A stretch of DNA of 64,000 nucleotides from Massalongia carnosa (lineage: Eukaryota): positions 1,488,001-1,552,000 of the forward strand of contig OZ287078.1 of NCBI GenBank assembly GCA_965645245.1, in the 5' to 3' direction. The notes under the pieces are model-generated. The model saw nothing but the letters and a program-made list of their open reading frames with translations, was not told the origin of the DNA and ran no database searches. Below are positions 50,466 through 64,000 of this stretch, in pieces. A program made the translations under genes and the position numbers. Every line of letters starts with the position of its first letter. The stretch's first letter is position 1.

Positions 50466-51479
50466 GTATCTGAGCGAAATGGAGTCTTTCCGCTATTCCC
50501 CCAAGCGTTGATCTCCCTTCGCTCCCTGCTACCATTGCTCGTTTACTTATTTTCTTTACCGATCGTTCATTCTCCGTGGTCCAGTTTTGTGTTCAAGGTC
50601 GATCAAGAACCAGCGATTATACTGTTTATTAATCCTTAGCTCGAGGGAGGGAGGGCGACTGTCTATTCATTCACCCATCCATCCATCTCCATCTCCATTT
50701 TCCCCCTTCCTTCCATTTCCTATTTTCCTCGTCTCATCCCATATCTTCCCCCCCCTCCCCGTTGCTAGATAAGCCGAGAAAAGAAGAAGCAGAGACTTCA
50801 AGCATGAAGGTACAGATAGGTTAAGGCTGAATACATTTCATACGCTGAGTCAAAGAGAACGAGAATAAGAGAGAGAGAAAGGGGGGGGGGGGGTTGGAGA
50901 GAAGAAAGGGTATTTTGAGAGTTGAATAGAATTCGAGCGATTAACTAATGACGAGGAAACCGATAACGAGGATATCGAAACCCCAAAAAAAGTACAAGAT
51001 GAGAGTGTGACGAAAGAGCGAGAGAGAGGTGATTTAAGATTTTAAAGAAAACAACCCCTCATCTCCCCCCTCCCTCCCTCTCTTTTTCGACCCCGTTCTG
51101 ACCTGCTTGCTCTGCATGCTTTACGGAAAATATTTTGCATCTATTCATCCATCCATACATGCATGCGTCAATGACGCCCCTCAATCCCCTACCGAAACGC
51201 GGGCTGGGTCTAGAAAAAAAAAGTAGGGGGAAGGGGGAAATTGGAATAGAAGAAGAAAAGGAAAAAAATCAAAAGGGACAAATAAAAGTTTAACAAAAAT
51301 CCAGGCGCGCAGCCGGCTCCTCTTTATTTTTTTCTCTCCAACCTCGTTGTTCATCTTCTCGTCATCATGTCCTCCTTTGCTCCAGCGGACGGAAATCTAA
51401 AAAAAGCCCCCCCCACCCCCATCCGCTCCCTTCCCTCTATCCCTTAATTACCATCATCTCCGCCATCCTCCTCACTTGC

Positions 51480-54325
51480 CTAATGCCCCCCTCCTCCCTT
51501 TCGGAACTTCAGCATATCCACCAGACTGCTCAATGAGCAGCCGCCCCGTCGCAAGAAATCGCCTTCCAGAATCTCCTTCGCCGTGGCCCGCTTGCTCACA
51601 TCGACGGTCAAGCATTGACTCAGAAACACCTTCAGCTCCCTGCTCAGCCGATCCGGGTTCTTGAGCGTGGGCGTGCCGTTGGTGGCGATGAGGAAGAGGG
51701 CTTTGAGAGGCTCCTCGTTGAGGTAAGGGGGTTCGGACTCGATCATTTCGATAGCCATGATGCCTAGGGACCACATGTCGACTTTACTATCGTATTCTTT
51801 TTGCTTGACCACCTCAGGGGCCATCCAGTAGGGCGTGCCGACCATGGTGGCGCGCTTGGACTTTTGGTCCGTGAGTTTGGCGCAGAAGCCGAAGTCGGCT
51901 GTGAAGTGCATGGTTAGTTCGGATTGGCGCTGGGTTTGAGAAATGGGTTAGAAGTCGGGCTAGGAATGCTTACTGATTTTTACGTTCCCACGGGCATCGA
52001 GAAGGACATTATCGCTTTTGATGTCGCGGTGGATGATGTTTTGGCTGTGCAGATGAGCGAGACCTTTGCAGGTCTTTGCTAGCTGTTAGCATAATTGGGT
52101 TAAGGGGGCAAGGTACAAACCTCGTTACAAATGGTAGAGATCTGCGCCTCTGTGATGTGATTGTTATTATCAATGACATCCGTCAGCGCCCCACCCTCCA
52201 TAAACTCCATCACAACCCACAGCTCATTGTTGCCTTCCTGTAGGAACGAATCCAGAAAATTGACAATGTTTGGATGCGAGCTCTCCTTCATGACAATGAT
52301 TTCGTTGACAATCAGCTCTTTTCTTGGCTGATTCCGGAGATCCATCTGTTTAATCGCGACATTTGCTTTCACGCCATATTGGTGGTATAACCGTCTCGCA
52401 ACAGGCGAAACCGCGTTCTCGTTGACACGGGCGACGTAGACGGACCCGGACGCCCCTTGGCCAATCTTCTTCTGTTTGCTGTAGGAGAGCTGAGGATCGT
52501 CCTTGGATACCACTTGCTTAAGTTTCTCCATAACTTGGCTCTCCGTCATGCTTGACATACGCACTTCTTTCTGGCGGGTGGCAGTAGGCCCTTTGGGGGC
52601 TAAAGCAACCTTGGATTGCGTTACAGGAGCGGGAGCGCCACCACTCTTCGCAGGAGGCGCGCCGGTTGGCAGTCTGGTGGCAGCGCTCGGGTTTGGAGAT
52701 GCAGATTGAACGGGAGCCGGAAGTCGGCTGGGAGGTGCCGTATTTGAGGAGCCATTCGTTGGTGGTGCGCGCGCGCGGGTCTGGGGAGATGGGTTTCGCT
52801 GGCTACCATTTGCCACAGGGCGGGAGCTTGATGATAGTTGGCGAAGCTGTTGATCTGGTTTAGAGGGGGTGCGAAGAGACCCTTGGGTGTTTGGTGGTGA
52901 CTGGTCACGCAATGCGGGCTGTGCTTGAGCAAACGGTGCTCGAGGTGGTGTTTGACCGTTCGCGGTTGCGCCATGGGACGAAGGAGGTGAACGTCTAGAT
53001 GGCGTCTGCCTCAAGGAACCTGATGGCTGGTTGCGTGAACGATCCGTTCCTGGCGCTGGGGGAGGATTGCGGGTGGGATTGTATCGGCTTGCGGAGGCAT
53101 CAGGCTCGGCGCTGGCGCCATAACCACCGATTTCCTGCTTTGCCATCGGAGTACGCGTCTTGGGAATTGCTGCATGGTAAGCCGCTTGCTCCTGGTTTTC
53201 TTCCTCTCTGGCATGGTCGTGCTCGCGTTGTTCTTTAGCTGCCTTAATTTTTCGGGCTTCCTCTTCCATTGCGCGCCGCATATCTTGGTCCATCCCCATC
53301 TTCTTCTGGTTGAGATCTATTGGCCGTCCAGAAGTGGAAAGGCTGCGCTGGCCTGCTGCTGGTGTCCCATTTTGGGATCGCGAAGGGCCATCCTGCATCA
53401 TACGTTGCGCTTGTTGCGCAAAGCCTGGTTGAGATCCGATTCCGTTCGGAGGCGCTGGGCGTGGGGGTGCGATTGCGGTCCCCCCTCCACCATGCCCGAG
53501 CTGCTTGTTCATGTTTTGCGTCACTGGCGGCGTTGGGGTTAGGCTTGGGTAGACCTCTGGATGGTCGTTTCGCTTCGTGATATCCGCGTAAAATTCGAGA
53601 ACCTCAATCACTGCTTGAGGGTGTTTCTGATAATCCTCTTTTGTGATGGCGGACGCAGTGAGTAGTCTCTCCCACTCCGTGGGAAGGCCCACAAAAGATC
53701 CATTGACAGGATCGAACCCAACATGGACCCGATGACTAAAGTTGGTCGGATTGCTAACTCCTCCCATCCCGGGACATCGGTTGTAGATAACATCAATCCA
53801 GTCATAGATCTCGTCATCGCTCTTCAGCTGGCAGATTGTAGTCTTTTGAGGCCCGTCCCGATTGCCTCCTTGTCCTGGGGGGCTGCTACTTGCATTGGCA
53901 ACGCGAATTATCTCAAAAGATAGAGGTGTGCTCTCGCTTCGAGAAACACCAGTGACATCCTTGAGCTGAATGCTTGAGCTGACCTTGCCATCATGCCCTT
54001 TTTGGAAGTCAAGCTGATACGCTCTGAGCACCAGATATCGGTTCTTCCATAATATTCCATCTTTGACTTTCGCATAACCTTCCTTGATAATCGCGACGCC
54101 TCCACCACCATAACCATCGGACAAAGTTGTCGCTCGGGATATTGAAGGCCCCAGCGAATCGCCACCTGTGTAGGTTGCTGTTGAGCGAATGGAAGGCGAC
54201 TGCAGGCTCAGCTGCGACATGTTGCCAGGAACATTGGCTGTCGAGGGCATTAGATTGAGACGAGGACGATCCGTTGGTGGCCGAGGAGCAGGACCAGGAT
54301 TCATGAATTGGTTTGCGCCATACAT
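51480..54325 (-). CDS. CLA4: PAK-family kinase Cla4 (PH, CRIB, kinase)
   Basis: [13 protein letters not shown]-terminus, PH domain, [55 protein letters not shown]. Two introns in the kinase domain. A short upstream exon is possible. Confidence 0.95.
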
Positions 54326-57300
54326 ACTGCCGAGCCACCCTGGTGTTAGCGTTGGTATACCCAGCATTGGAACTGAAATATCATGTTTCTGAATATGTCT
54401 CATGTTTAAATGTTCCCGCTATGCGCGGTGTTGCTATCCGTTATATGGCTTTGCAGCTTTTTCGAGGCGAGATAAATGTGATTTCGAGGGAAGGGATGCG
54501 CGAGGCGAAGAGACTCGAAAGAAATTGCGTACCTAGCCGATTGAGAAGAAGTCATGATTAATATTTTGGGTCACTAGTGCGCTTGTGTATTTTGTGTTGA
54601 ATGTTGATAGGGAAAACCGAGCGATATCGTGCAAAGCAATCAATGTCCGTGATCTACCCAAACGTCAACGCGGATGACTTTGAACCTCGCTCCACCAACA
54701 CTCATACCAGCCGACAGGCATAAAGACCGCAACCAAATCTCTTGCGCTGGAAGCGCTGGTCTAGGATATCTGTTGGTATTTGAATATTTTTCCTTGTATG
54801 TGTACAGAGTGTGTTCAGTGATCGACCGCCGGGTGCCGCTACCTGGCGCACCCAGCTCTTTTCAAAGCAGGCTGAGCTTGACAAACACCGTCGTCAGAAG
54901 CAAGCTGTAGATGCAAATCAAGAAGATGTGAACAAGTTCAAACTCACAAATGGCCAAAGTCGGAGATGTTATCGTGAATGGAAGTAGGATGAAGTTCTGC
55001 CGTGAGCCTGTTCACTCCATCGTCCAAGTCAAAATACGCGAGCCGCTAACGCCCTACGAGGACCCCCGCGCCTTTGAGCCTCCCACAGTTCGGCAATTCA
55101 TTCCCACGGTGTTCGGATAACTTCTTATTCTCTGCCAATGGGTGAAAAGGGAGACCTGACGTCCAGCCTTCTGCATATGGGATCTAGACAGTGATACTCG
55201 GAACTTGGAGAGTCACAGAGAGTCTCAAGATTCCATGCAGTTTTTCACACTATACAATTTGTCTCGCAATCTACACTCTGAAGGCAGCATTTCCCGTCAC
55301 CGTCCCCACCTGGTCTGGGTTACTAGAGGAAAACAGGAGGAAAAACTCCTCTTGTTGCCTGCAACTTATAAGTTTTTCATCGTTGGTTCTTATTCCTTAT
55401 CGGTAGGTATTTTTCTGTGGGATTGTGACCAGGGATATATGCCATTCTATTCACTCAATTGCCGTCAGCCCATCATCGCCGATGTTGCCAGAAGGAAAGG
55501 AAAAGTTACTAGTCGTTGTCAAGACCTAGGATACTTTTAAATTATCAATGTAGAAAGGTCTTCGCCTCAAATACTTACGTTTTGGACATCATTAAAGTGT
55601 TGAACCCTTCCTCTATAATTCTATTTATCTGCCATGTACTTTTTGCTCATGTTGATGGTGTTCCAGAACATTTCATTGAGCAATGATAGGGTAATCCCTT
55701 TAGGGATCATTTACATTTTACAGAGACACGCAAGTATGGACTGATGACAACCCACATGGATAGCACAGTATAAAACTAGCTGTTGAACAACCCCTTGTGA
55801 AAATCTAAAGCTTTCTAAAGTAAAGGTAGGTACTCAGTGAGAGAACCAATAGCCTATTGATACATGCCTGTCATTTATGACCGAATTGCTTTGTCGTTGC
55901 CATGTGCGTAGAGAGCGACGCTGTTAATAAATGCTTTTCGAAATTATAACTACCCGTGAGTAAAAGGCTCCGTCCATAAGAGAACAATGGACAAGGCGTA
56001 TGATTTCCTAGCAAGTATATAGCGCTTTCACAAAAAGCAGGCCTTACGTTGAGATGACCATCAGTTTATTTATTTGCCAATTTTCGTCGTGGAATAGAAG
56101 GCTTGCGCTACATATGCTTAGCGTAATCTAACACTATACGGAAAAGGATATCGACATTGATGCAGGGAGGCGATGCGGGATGCAAAGATGTGAATAGGAA
56201 CGCGCAGACCTCACAGTTGCGAACGGGATCGCGGAAGCACGGAGATCATCATTCGCATCTTCTCATGTTTGCTTTCAGGTTTACTTTAAGACGATCAAGC
56301 CGAACCTAAAAGTCTGCTACTCAAAGCAACAATTAGCGCAGCAGACTTTAACGAACGCAGGAGATGTTGCTGTAACTGTTGTAGGATACCAGCTTGACCT
56401 TCAAGCCGCTGAGTTGTTGTTGACTCCCCCGAGAGACTCGTTACCCAGTGAAGCTCTCCTTCGACTATACTTTCTCTTCTACTTCTCTGGCTCCAAGCCT
56501 TTCTACCCGTCGCTCCACTGAGTTCGGTATGGAGCGCCAAAGGGCGTTTTGATGGGGAAGGGAATGATAGATAAACCGAGGAGAAGGGATATTGAATGTC
56601 TTTTTTTCAATGGCCATTACCAAAAACGCAAAGCACAGCGTAAGAAATGATCGGCGAGCGAGGTTCTATAAACATGGGTCATGGGTATTGGGAAAGGGAA
56701 TACGCATAGGTAATCGGAGAATAAGTCCAACTAAACTCGTGATAAGAAGATTTCATCGACTGCACACTCTCGGATTATCGATGAGGTAATAGCTATGCTG
56801 TTGAAAAGATGGGCGCATTGTAGGGAGTTTCATTGTAAATATTTCTTCGTAGGCAGTATGCTCACTACTAGGTATTTCAACTCCAACGAGGTTTGTTGCC
56901 AACGAGGCATCAGAGATGTGTCACCCAATTTAGGAAAGACACTAGGCGGCTAGTCTGATTCTAACTAGCGGTAATCTTGAACGTCAACTTGTCCCTATCA
57001 GCGTCTCTCGTATTATGTATTACTCAATCCTCCCCTCTAAATCAAAGTGGTAGCCTTAGTCATTTTTGACATTGGGTATGTTCCCAGGGAAATGTCACCG
57101 CAGCTGTTTGCGACACCGACGACCCGCCGTCGTATTTTGTTTATGAGGAGATCTCTATTTCCACCTTGAGCCTAAGAAGCAACCGCCACAACTGAAATGC
57201 GTATGAAGATACGGAGGAGTTCTCGTTTGGGTATTAAAGTACATGGAGAAAAGCATGGGCTGGTGAAAGTGCAAGGAAAACGACACAACATGACAACATC

Positions 57301-58026
57301 TCAACTGAGTTCTGCATATTTCTGCAATCAAGGGGAAACGAGCCAAGGGCATCCTGTGTTTCGTTTTCAAAGGCTAATGAGGGCGGAAAGATTTGAAATA
57401 AATCATCAACGGCTCTGACGGTCTCAATAGCTTTAATGGATATCGTCAGCTTGGACACGGCATACCATTTTTTTGCGCGAAGGCGAAGAGCCCTTGAGAC
57501 CTAATGAGAGCCCCTTTCAATGCTGGAGGAACAGGAATCTAGACCGAGTGGTAACCGATTTCAGTCCACCTATGTTTCCTCTCGTGAAATAAAAAACCCG
57601 AAACTATCTTTCTGCAGCCGATCCCAAATTTGCGGAATCACGAAGCATACGAAGTTTATACCTTTGTGGCAGCCAAAATGTTCGCAAGTTTCTCGGAAAG
57701 AATAAATAGAGAAGGTTGTGGCGATGTTAGACTCTGGCAAAATAAGAACTGGCACTGATCTGCGCTGATATAGTCTCTCTGGAGAAAGCTAGTCCTAATC
57801 TTAATGGCGCGCTCCACAGTCTTGTTCTAATCACTTCGATGAAACACCTTGCTTGAAATTATCCCGAACCAAAACTTGCAATCGCCGGCATTATCTGGCA
57901 AATCTAACCTAGCATGGAGTTGACTGTGAGACCTTACATATTTGCCTAGGCTGAGTTTGTTTCCAGAGAACTTGCAATGACTGCCGAGAGTTAGGTGTTT
58001 ACCCAGGAACGAGGATCTCTTTAGCT

Positions 58027-59562
58027 TCACGCTGACCCGTCAAAATCTACCAGGTCCCACATCCATGATTCGGGATCCTCGGCTTCTGGCTGTTCAGGTG
58101 GGTTGAACTGCGAACGAGGCTGAGGCATCGATGTAACTGCGTATGTAACTGAGGCGTTGCGAGAAGTTGCCGTACTTGCCGACGGTCGCCAGGGTCGTTC
58201 TGCATCCCATTGGGCAATATCACCCCCATGCGTTGCATCATAGTCGTTTTGATAGGACTGACGATATAACGCTGACGCTTCCTCATTAGACAGTATCCGC
58301 TGAGATCGAGGTTGGTTTCGTGATGCCATTGGTGCTGATCCATGAGGTGCGAACGGCTGGCTTTCAAGAGACCTCGGAGCAAGTGCATAGGTACTCCGTG
58401 CATTGCGTGTATCTGCCGCACCTGCGGACTGCCGCCATGGCTGGTGTGAGTCTCTGCTTACGGCCCCACGCTCCTGAGGTGTATCATCGTCATTCTGCAC
58501 TCCCTGATAACACAATGCTGCCGCCTCCACATTTCCTATTGTTTGTCGTGGTTGGTTTTGACCTTGTGCTGCAGCTCGTGCTGATCCGTATGGTTCGACC
58601 CGTCGAAAATATCGGTTGTTATAACGTGCGACTTGTGGCGTCGTTGATACCATCTCTAGAGGTTGTGGTGGGCCATTGGGTGTCATTCGCAATGCCTCAG
58701 GCTGACTCGAAGCAGCGGCGTTGTCATTTTTCTTAGACCGAGGTCCCTTGTGCTCACCCCGGCCTTTGCGCAGTACTGGATGCGGTATGAAACCCAAATC
58801 AAGGCGACCAGGGACCTTAAGTCCAGGGGTGTAACCCCGGGTGGAGTTGTTCTTGATTGACGATTGAGGCAGCGAGCTATAGACGGCTTTTGTCTCCTTG
58901 GTCACCTGAGTCCCGTTCTTGCTGCCAGCGTTTGATTTGAACCATGGGATCATGCAGTATAAGGGCCTCCAAGTCCGCCGCGTGATTGACTGCAGATCAT
59001 TCTTTGTCATACGGCCCACTCTTTCCATCCGCATAAGGATATCCAGCCAGCGGACTCTAGGGTCTATCCGCCTTATCGCCTCAAAATACCACCACTCTTC
59101 CATAGTTCCAATCTGTATTTATCAGCAGGCCTTTCAGAAACCCCTTCAAGGTTGAGATCACAAACCTTCTCCGGCAGAATACTAAAGTCTAGAAGCTCGA
59201 CAAGCTTTCCAGGCTTTTCTGGATGGTCTACCCACATCAACTGGCCATGCGCATCCTTTTTCTGCGCTGGCCGGGCGCTTTTTTGGAACAACTCCCATTC
59301 ACGCATAGGCTCAAGCTGGTACATGCAAGCTGGCAACGAATCTATGGACCAATATGTTTGGCCAGGATGAAAGGATGTTACGTCTTGTGGCGAGTTTCCT
59401 ATTCTCCTAGGAACCACTAAGAGGATGTTAAACATATTCATTCGAACCCTATGCTTTGATGGATAACTTACCATAGGTCGTCGGTGCTCCCGGTCTTAGG
59501 GTCCAATCCGTCGCTTCCAGATACTCTTGAGTTAGCTGCCACGGAATACTAGTTTCCGACAT
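58027..59562 (-). CDS. Uncharacterised protein, paralog 1 (LLDF-x3-P / RRIDPRVRW-x-DI-x-MRM / NNSTRG domain) with an internally duplicated tail
   Basis: Three exons join in frame: MSETSIPW...TTY | VVPRRIG...LLDFSILPEK | IGTMEEWWYFEAIRRIDPRVRWLDILMRM. Homologous to the gene at 62528-63767. Confidence 0.7.
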
Positions 59563-62527
59563 CTTAAGGTGAGACGGAAGATTATCCTTTGATATGACAC
59601 AGGTTTTGTTTGTCTTTCAACCCTTCCGGGATCTGTATCAGCGCCGATGATACTTGTGGGAAGACTTTGGTTTATGGAATGACAAGAGTATGGTTCGAAA
59701 GCTTGGAAGGTCTAGACTGATGAACGTGTCCCAAGAATGCTGTGTGCTTGAAAACCTGATCGTTGTGGATGAGCGAAGTAAGTTTTATGGAAAAAGTTGT
59801 TGATTTGTTGATGGATGAAATGTGACACGAGGGAGTGGGAGATACCAGCGCTAGCATGAACATTATAATCTTTCGTCAAGAAAGCGTGAAGGGCCAGCAC
59901 GATACCAAAAGATCCCAGAGAATCACTCGTATATGTTATTGAGGTCTTGGAAAACTCCGGACTTAATGACACCAAATTCAACCAGGGTTGCTCAGCAGTA
60001 CATAGGCACAAAACATGCACGGTACTTTTCAGAGGAGACATTGAAGATATGGAATTTTAGCTGAATCCTATGAGCTGTGCATATAATCTCCACCGAACCA
60101 CCAAAACCAATTCATTTACTTATGTGAGGCTTATCACATCCACAGACATAAAATATTTCGCCACACACACTTCTATCTCGGACTCTAGGCCTCAGTCCGA
60201 AGTCAACTTACGGGTGTCTCCACAACTTCAAAAAAATCTTATGACATCAGCTAGATTCAACTTGACTGCTCGTGGTATCTTCAAAACCCAACCCCGTGGC
60301 TGTTTCTGACCGGAAACCAAAACCTAAGGCTAACTTACTCATGTCAAATCCCAGCGTTCGATACTCTCAATCTAAAGTGCATTACACTAGTTTGCACGCG
60401 AGATTATGCAGTCACCAACAACTACATCATCATTATCCTCTTTAACGAAGTAAACCCCCGACTACCTGCTGTTCGCGGGCTTGTTGCTCTTAGCCTTCTC
60501 CCAAATCGTAGACGAAGCCTAATATAGTTTCTGCCGGATATTATGGTGCGCTTGATAACGATCCAAGACCAGCCCCGTTCCAAGTTCTTCGAAAGTGTGA
60601 TTGTCGAAACATCATGCCTGGATCACTCTTGCCGATCTACCCTGGGAGGAGGCTGTGCTCATGTTACGCATATACTACTACTACTGGCGTCGTGGCGGGA
60701 CACCTCAGGTGGACTAGCGAAGTGACCACTAGGCAATTTGAGGGTCACAACGAGATTACTCGGTCATGAAGTGCTATGAAAAGGTGACCGATGACTAGAC
60801 TAGGCCAGGTGGGAGGGAGTTCGGGCTACGACTTTACAATAACCCTATGTTGCCAGAACGAGTCCGGAAAGGCTATGAGTAACCCGTAACACTAGTTGAT
60901 TATACCTATCTCTACTGTTACTACAAGCCCCTTCCCTCGTCCCTCCTTTATATACCGAGTCTTAGGTACCTAAACCACCCACCCACCTGCTTACCATCTT
61001 GGAACGCAACGCGACAAGACAGGTTATAAAATAAATAAAATGGAGAGAGAGTAGGCGAGTACTCTGTAACCTAACATGGGATAATCAATCCCTTCCTCCC
61101 CACTCCTAAAAAAAATAGAAAAATAAAAAAACAAGTCAGACAGAGCGAAGAAACTGGACAAATTCTCTAGTTACTCCGTTTATAGTCACATAACTACCTA
61201 GCTAGATGGTCATGGGACCGGGTTCGCGCGCAGTTTTGTTACGCTATTGTTTTTTTGTTGTTTTTGTTGTTGGTGAGTAGATATGTGATGATGTTATTGG
61301 GGTGTGGGATTTTGGTTTATTGGAGTCGAGGATTCGAGGAGGAGGAGGAGGAGTTGCAAGGGAGAGAGGTTGGGGTAGATTGGTGGGTTAGGTAAATGGA
61401 GTGGGTAGGCTGAGGAGGTTGGATTTGGAGTTGTAGGAGAGAGGCTAGGTGGATAGGTATGAACTAAAAAGTGTAACAACATAGTTAATAAAGAAATGTA
61501 GCGATAATAGAATTCCAATAATAACAATAAGAGCGATAATAATAATATCATCATCATCATCAACAAAAGAAGACATAGCATCCTAAACACAGGAGTATGC
61601 ACAAAGTATCATGACCGTTAACCGAGAGCAGGAAAAAGGGAGAAGAACTTTTAGCGTTATGTAGTGTATTTTACGGAACTAAGGGTTCCCGGAGGACTGT
61701 CGTCGAAGTAAACATTTCGGCTGGCGCCTAAATAAGTAGGGGAAACCCTGATCGATGGGGACTATGCTTATTCTACGCACCTTGCCGTAAACGGTATAGA
61801 TCAGATTCGTCAGCCTTTCCACTACCTTCAACCTTCTTCAGACGGCTTGATTTATTAATTTACTGACAAAGAATCCCACCTCCGTCCGACTTTGGCTTTC
61901 CCGATGATGTGGTTTTGGGTCGGGGGAAAGTCTTCTCTGCCGTTGGCTGCAACGTCTGGCTAAGAGCTAGCAAGCTAAACTGTTCGGTTCCAGCGGGGCC
62001 AGACCTATGTTTTGAGGTGAGTGATATCACACCCCCTCCCCTTCTCTATTCATGAATGGTTGGTTCATTGGTTAGTCAGTTCTTTTTCATCTTCTTTCCT
62101 CGCATCACACAGTTATGTCAGGTCGAGAGATGCGTAATAAACAAGCTAAAATGTCTATATCTATATTTTATCCGCAAAAGTGTATGAACGGCTTCCAGAG
62201 CCCCATTTGCATGCTTGAATCGAATTCCACAGTTGGCAATACAAGAATTTCATTGAACAGGATGATAAGACATGATCAATAAAGAAAACAAGACTAAAAA
62301 TAAAAACCTCCTCAGTTGTAAACTATCGGCAATGTAGGGCGTACATAAGCGAGCATTGTTGATCTTTACTGTAATCATCTTCTCCCTACAAAGGACAACT
62401 GCTTATCGAAAAAGTGCGGAGTAGACTAGTAAAGACTCTTCACGTCGTATTCATATCTCGGGCCGATCGTCAGTATCTTCAAAAGCTTCCTTGAGCAACT
62501 TTCAGTACCGTACCGTAACCCCGCTGC

Positions 62528-63767
62528 TTATCCCAAATACTCATCCAAGTACAAATTCCCGGTCCAGTTCTCACAATAATTGGTAGGACAAAATTCATCT
62601 GCAGGTACATCGAACTGAGGCGTTTGGGCAACCCGCAAACTCGGTATGTGACGAGAGGAGCCATTTGGATCGGACCGTTCTATCTCGTTGGTTGCTGGTC
62701 GGAGGTTGGCTGCACTGTTGTAAATGGTGAACTCTGATGGTCGAACCATCCATCCTGAAGATTGAACGTTTGGGATGGTAAAATCATAAGTGTGACTTGT
62801 GATATTTGGTGTTTCAAATTCATGAAAATCCTCAGGCTGGTTGCTTTGACATGTTGTAACAGGCTGGCTCTGAAAGAAGGGGCCTTGGTAAATTGGCTCT
62901 GGTCCAGGGGCAGAATGGGGGCCAACCATCGGGACACTTTCGGCTAGGGGTGGTGTGCTATTTTCTTGCGGAAGGATTGATATGTCCGTCGACGAGTCGG
63001 CTCCAGGCGAAGAGTGATGCTCTAATTGCTCACCAAGGCGCCGAGCGTGAGAGTGTCGATTTTGATTCCTCTTGTTCCGCCGAACAGCAATGCGGGGCGG
63101 TTTGTTCCTACCTCCATTTTCCCCTTGCGCAGGATTAATCAGACTAGGAATCAAGCCGCGAGTGTTGTTCAATTGTATATGCTCATCCTTCAGGAGGGAG
63201 CAACCCTCCTTCCTTTTAATATAATCAGAGTTCCGTTCGGGCTGCTTCCAGGCGAGCATAAAAAATTTTTTGCGGCCGCGCCAAGCCTCCGAAGTCAGCG
63301 CGCTTGTAGTAGGTGGTTGCATCATCCTCATTGTGATGTCGTCCCATCGGATTCGTCCATCAAGTCTTCGATAGTACTCCAGTACCAGCCAGCTCTCCTG
63401 GGAGCTAATCTATGACAAAATCAGCTGGGACAATCGATAAATCAAAGGAACGTTACCCGGTCTGGTAAGCACTGAAAGTCTAAGAGTGGTCTTGGCTCTT
63501 CACCGGGAGAAGGAGATAGCTCGACCATTACGCGGCCGTTTGAATCGCGCTTCGGAGGTGGTAGATCCAATCTCGCGTTTTTTCTCCATTCGTCGGTAGG
63601 CTGGAGCTGATACATAATCTATCAATTTTATCAGCATTATCTTTAGAGGAAGCAACACAAGGATGCCCTACATCTGGCATGTCTGAAATATCAAATTCTT
63701 GCCGTGGCACATCATTTTCCATGATTAATTGAGTCGATGAGCTTGAAATTATGAGATCGTGTGCCAT
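62528..63767 (-). CDS. Uncharacterised protein, paralog 2 of the same family
   Basis: Exons ...FDISDMPD | IMYQLQPTDEW...PLLDFQCLPDR | ISSQESWLVLEYYRRLDGRIRWDDITMRM...LNNTRGLIPSL. GT-AG introns with branch sites. The start could be 63722. Confidence 0.7.
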
Positions 63768-64000
63768 GGAAGATTTCCGCTTGAGGATGAGATGATAGGT
63801 AGGAGGTTATGCTCGCTCGGGCCGTCAACAGTAAGCTCGAAATCCCAGGGTGTGATAAAATACGATGAAGGAATCACTCTACCAATTTGGCTCACTGGAT
63901 CAACAGTGATGTTTTATACCATACACCACCCTTCCGCAATCCATATTGCAATAATTGTGATCAGGTCGTTCCATAATGTGCATTAAAGGGGTCCCTACAA

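Noticed and set aside
60900..61650. Hydrophobic 102-aa ORF at 61294-61602
   Set aside because: Arises from AAT/CAT/GAG trinucleotide low-complexity sequence; not a credible gene.

Overview
Eukaryotic, intron-containing DNA from a filamentous ascomycete (Pezizomycotina). A lichen-forming Lecanoromycete is suggested by the gene families present, but this is inference. About 14 apparently intact genes: a secreted Cys-repeat protein, an A1 aspartic protease, RIT1, an A-T-R NRPS-like reductase divergent from an AtrF-like PDR ABC transporter, a NACHT-ankyrin NLR, an aldo-keto reductase, an alpha/beta hydrolase, alpha-actinin, a CRIB-motif protein, POS5, CLA4 and a tandem pair of orphan paralogs. 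There are also two adjacent pseudogenes (HeLo/SesA-like and metallopeptidase-like). The most interesting signal is in the apparently empty region at 40.4-41.7 kb: a ~1.27 kb minus-strand, heavily base-paired non-coding locus with a TATA box, 5'/3' terminal pairing, an Sm-like site followed by an AU-type 5' splice site, and a 21-nt template-like element. It looks like a telomerase RNA gene and would predict a non-canonical 17-nt telomere repeat, TTAGGGTCACGATCTGA. Exon boundaries and helices were read by eye; no database searches or folding programs were run.
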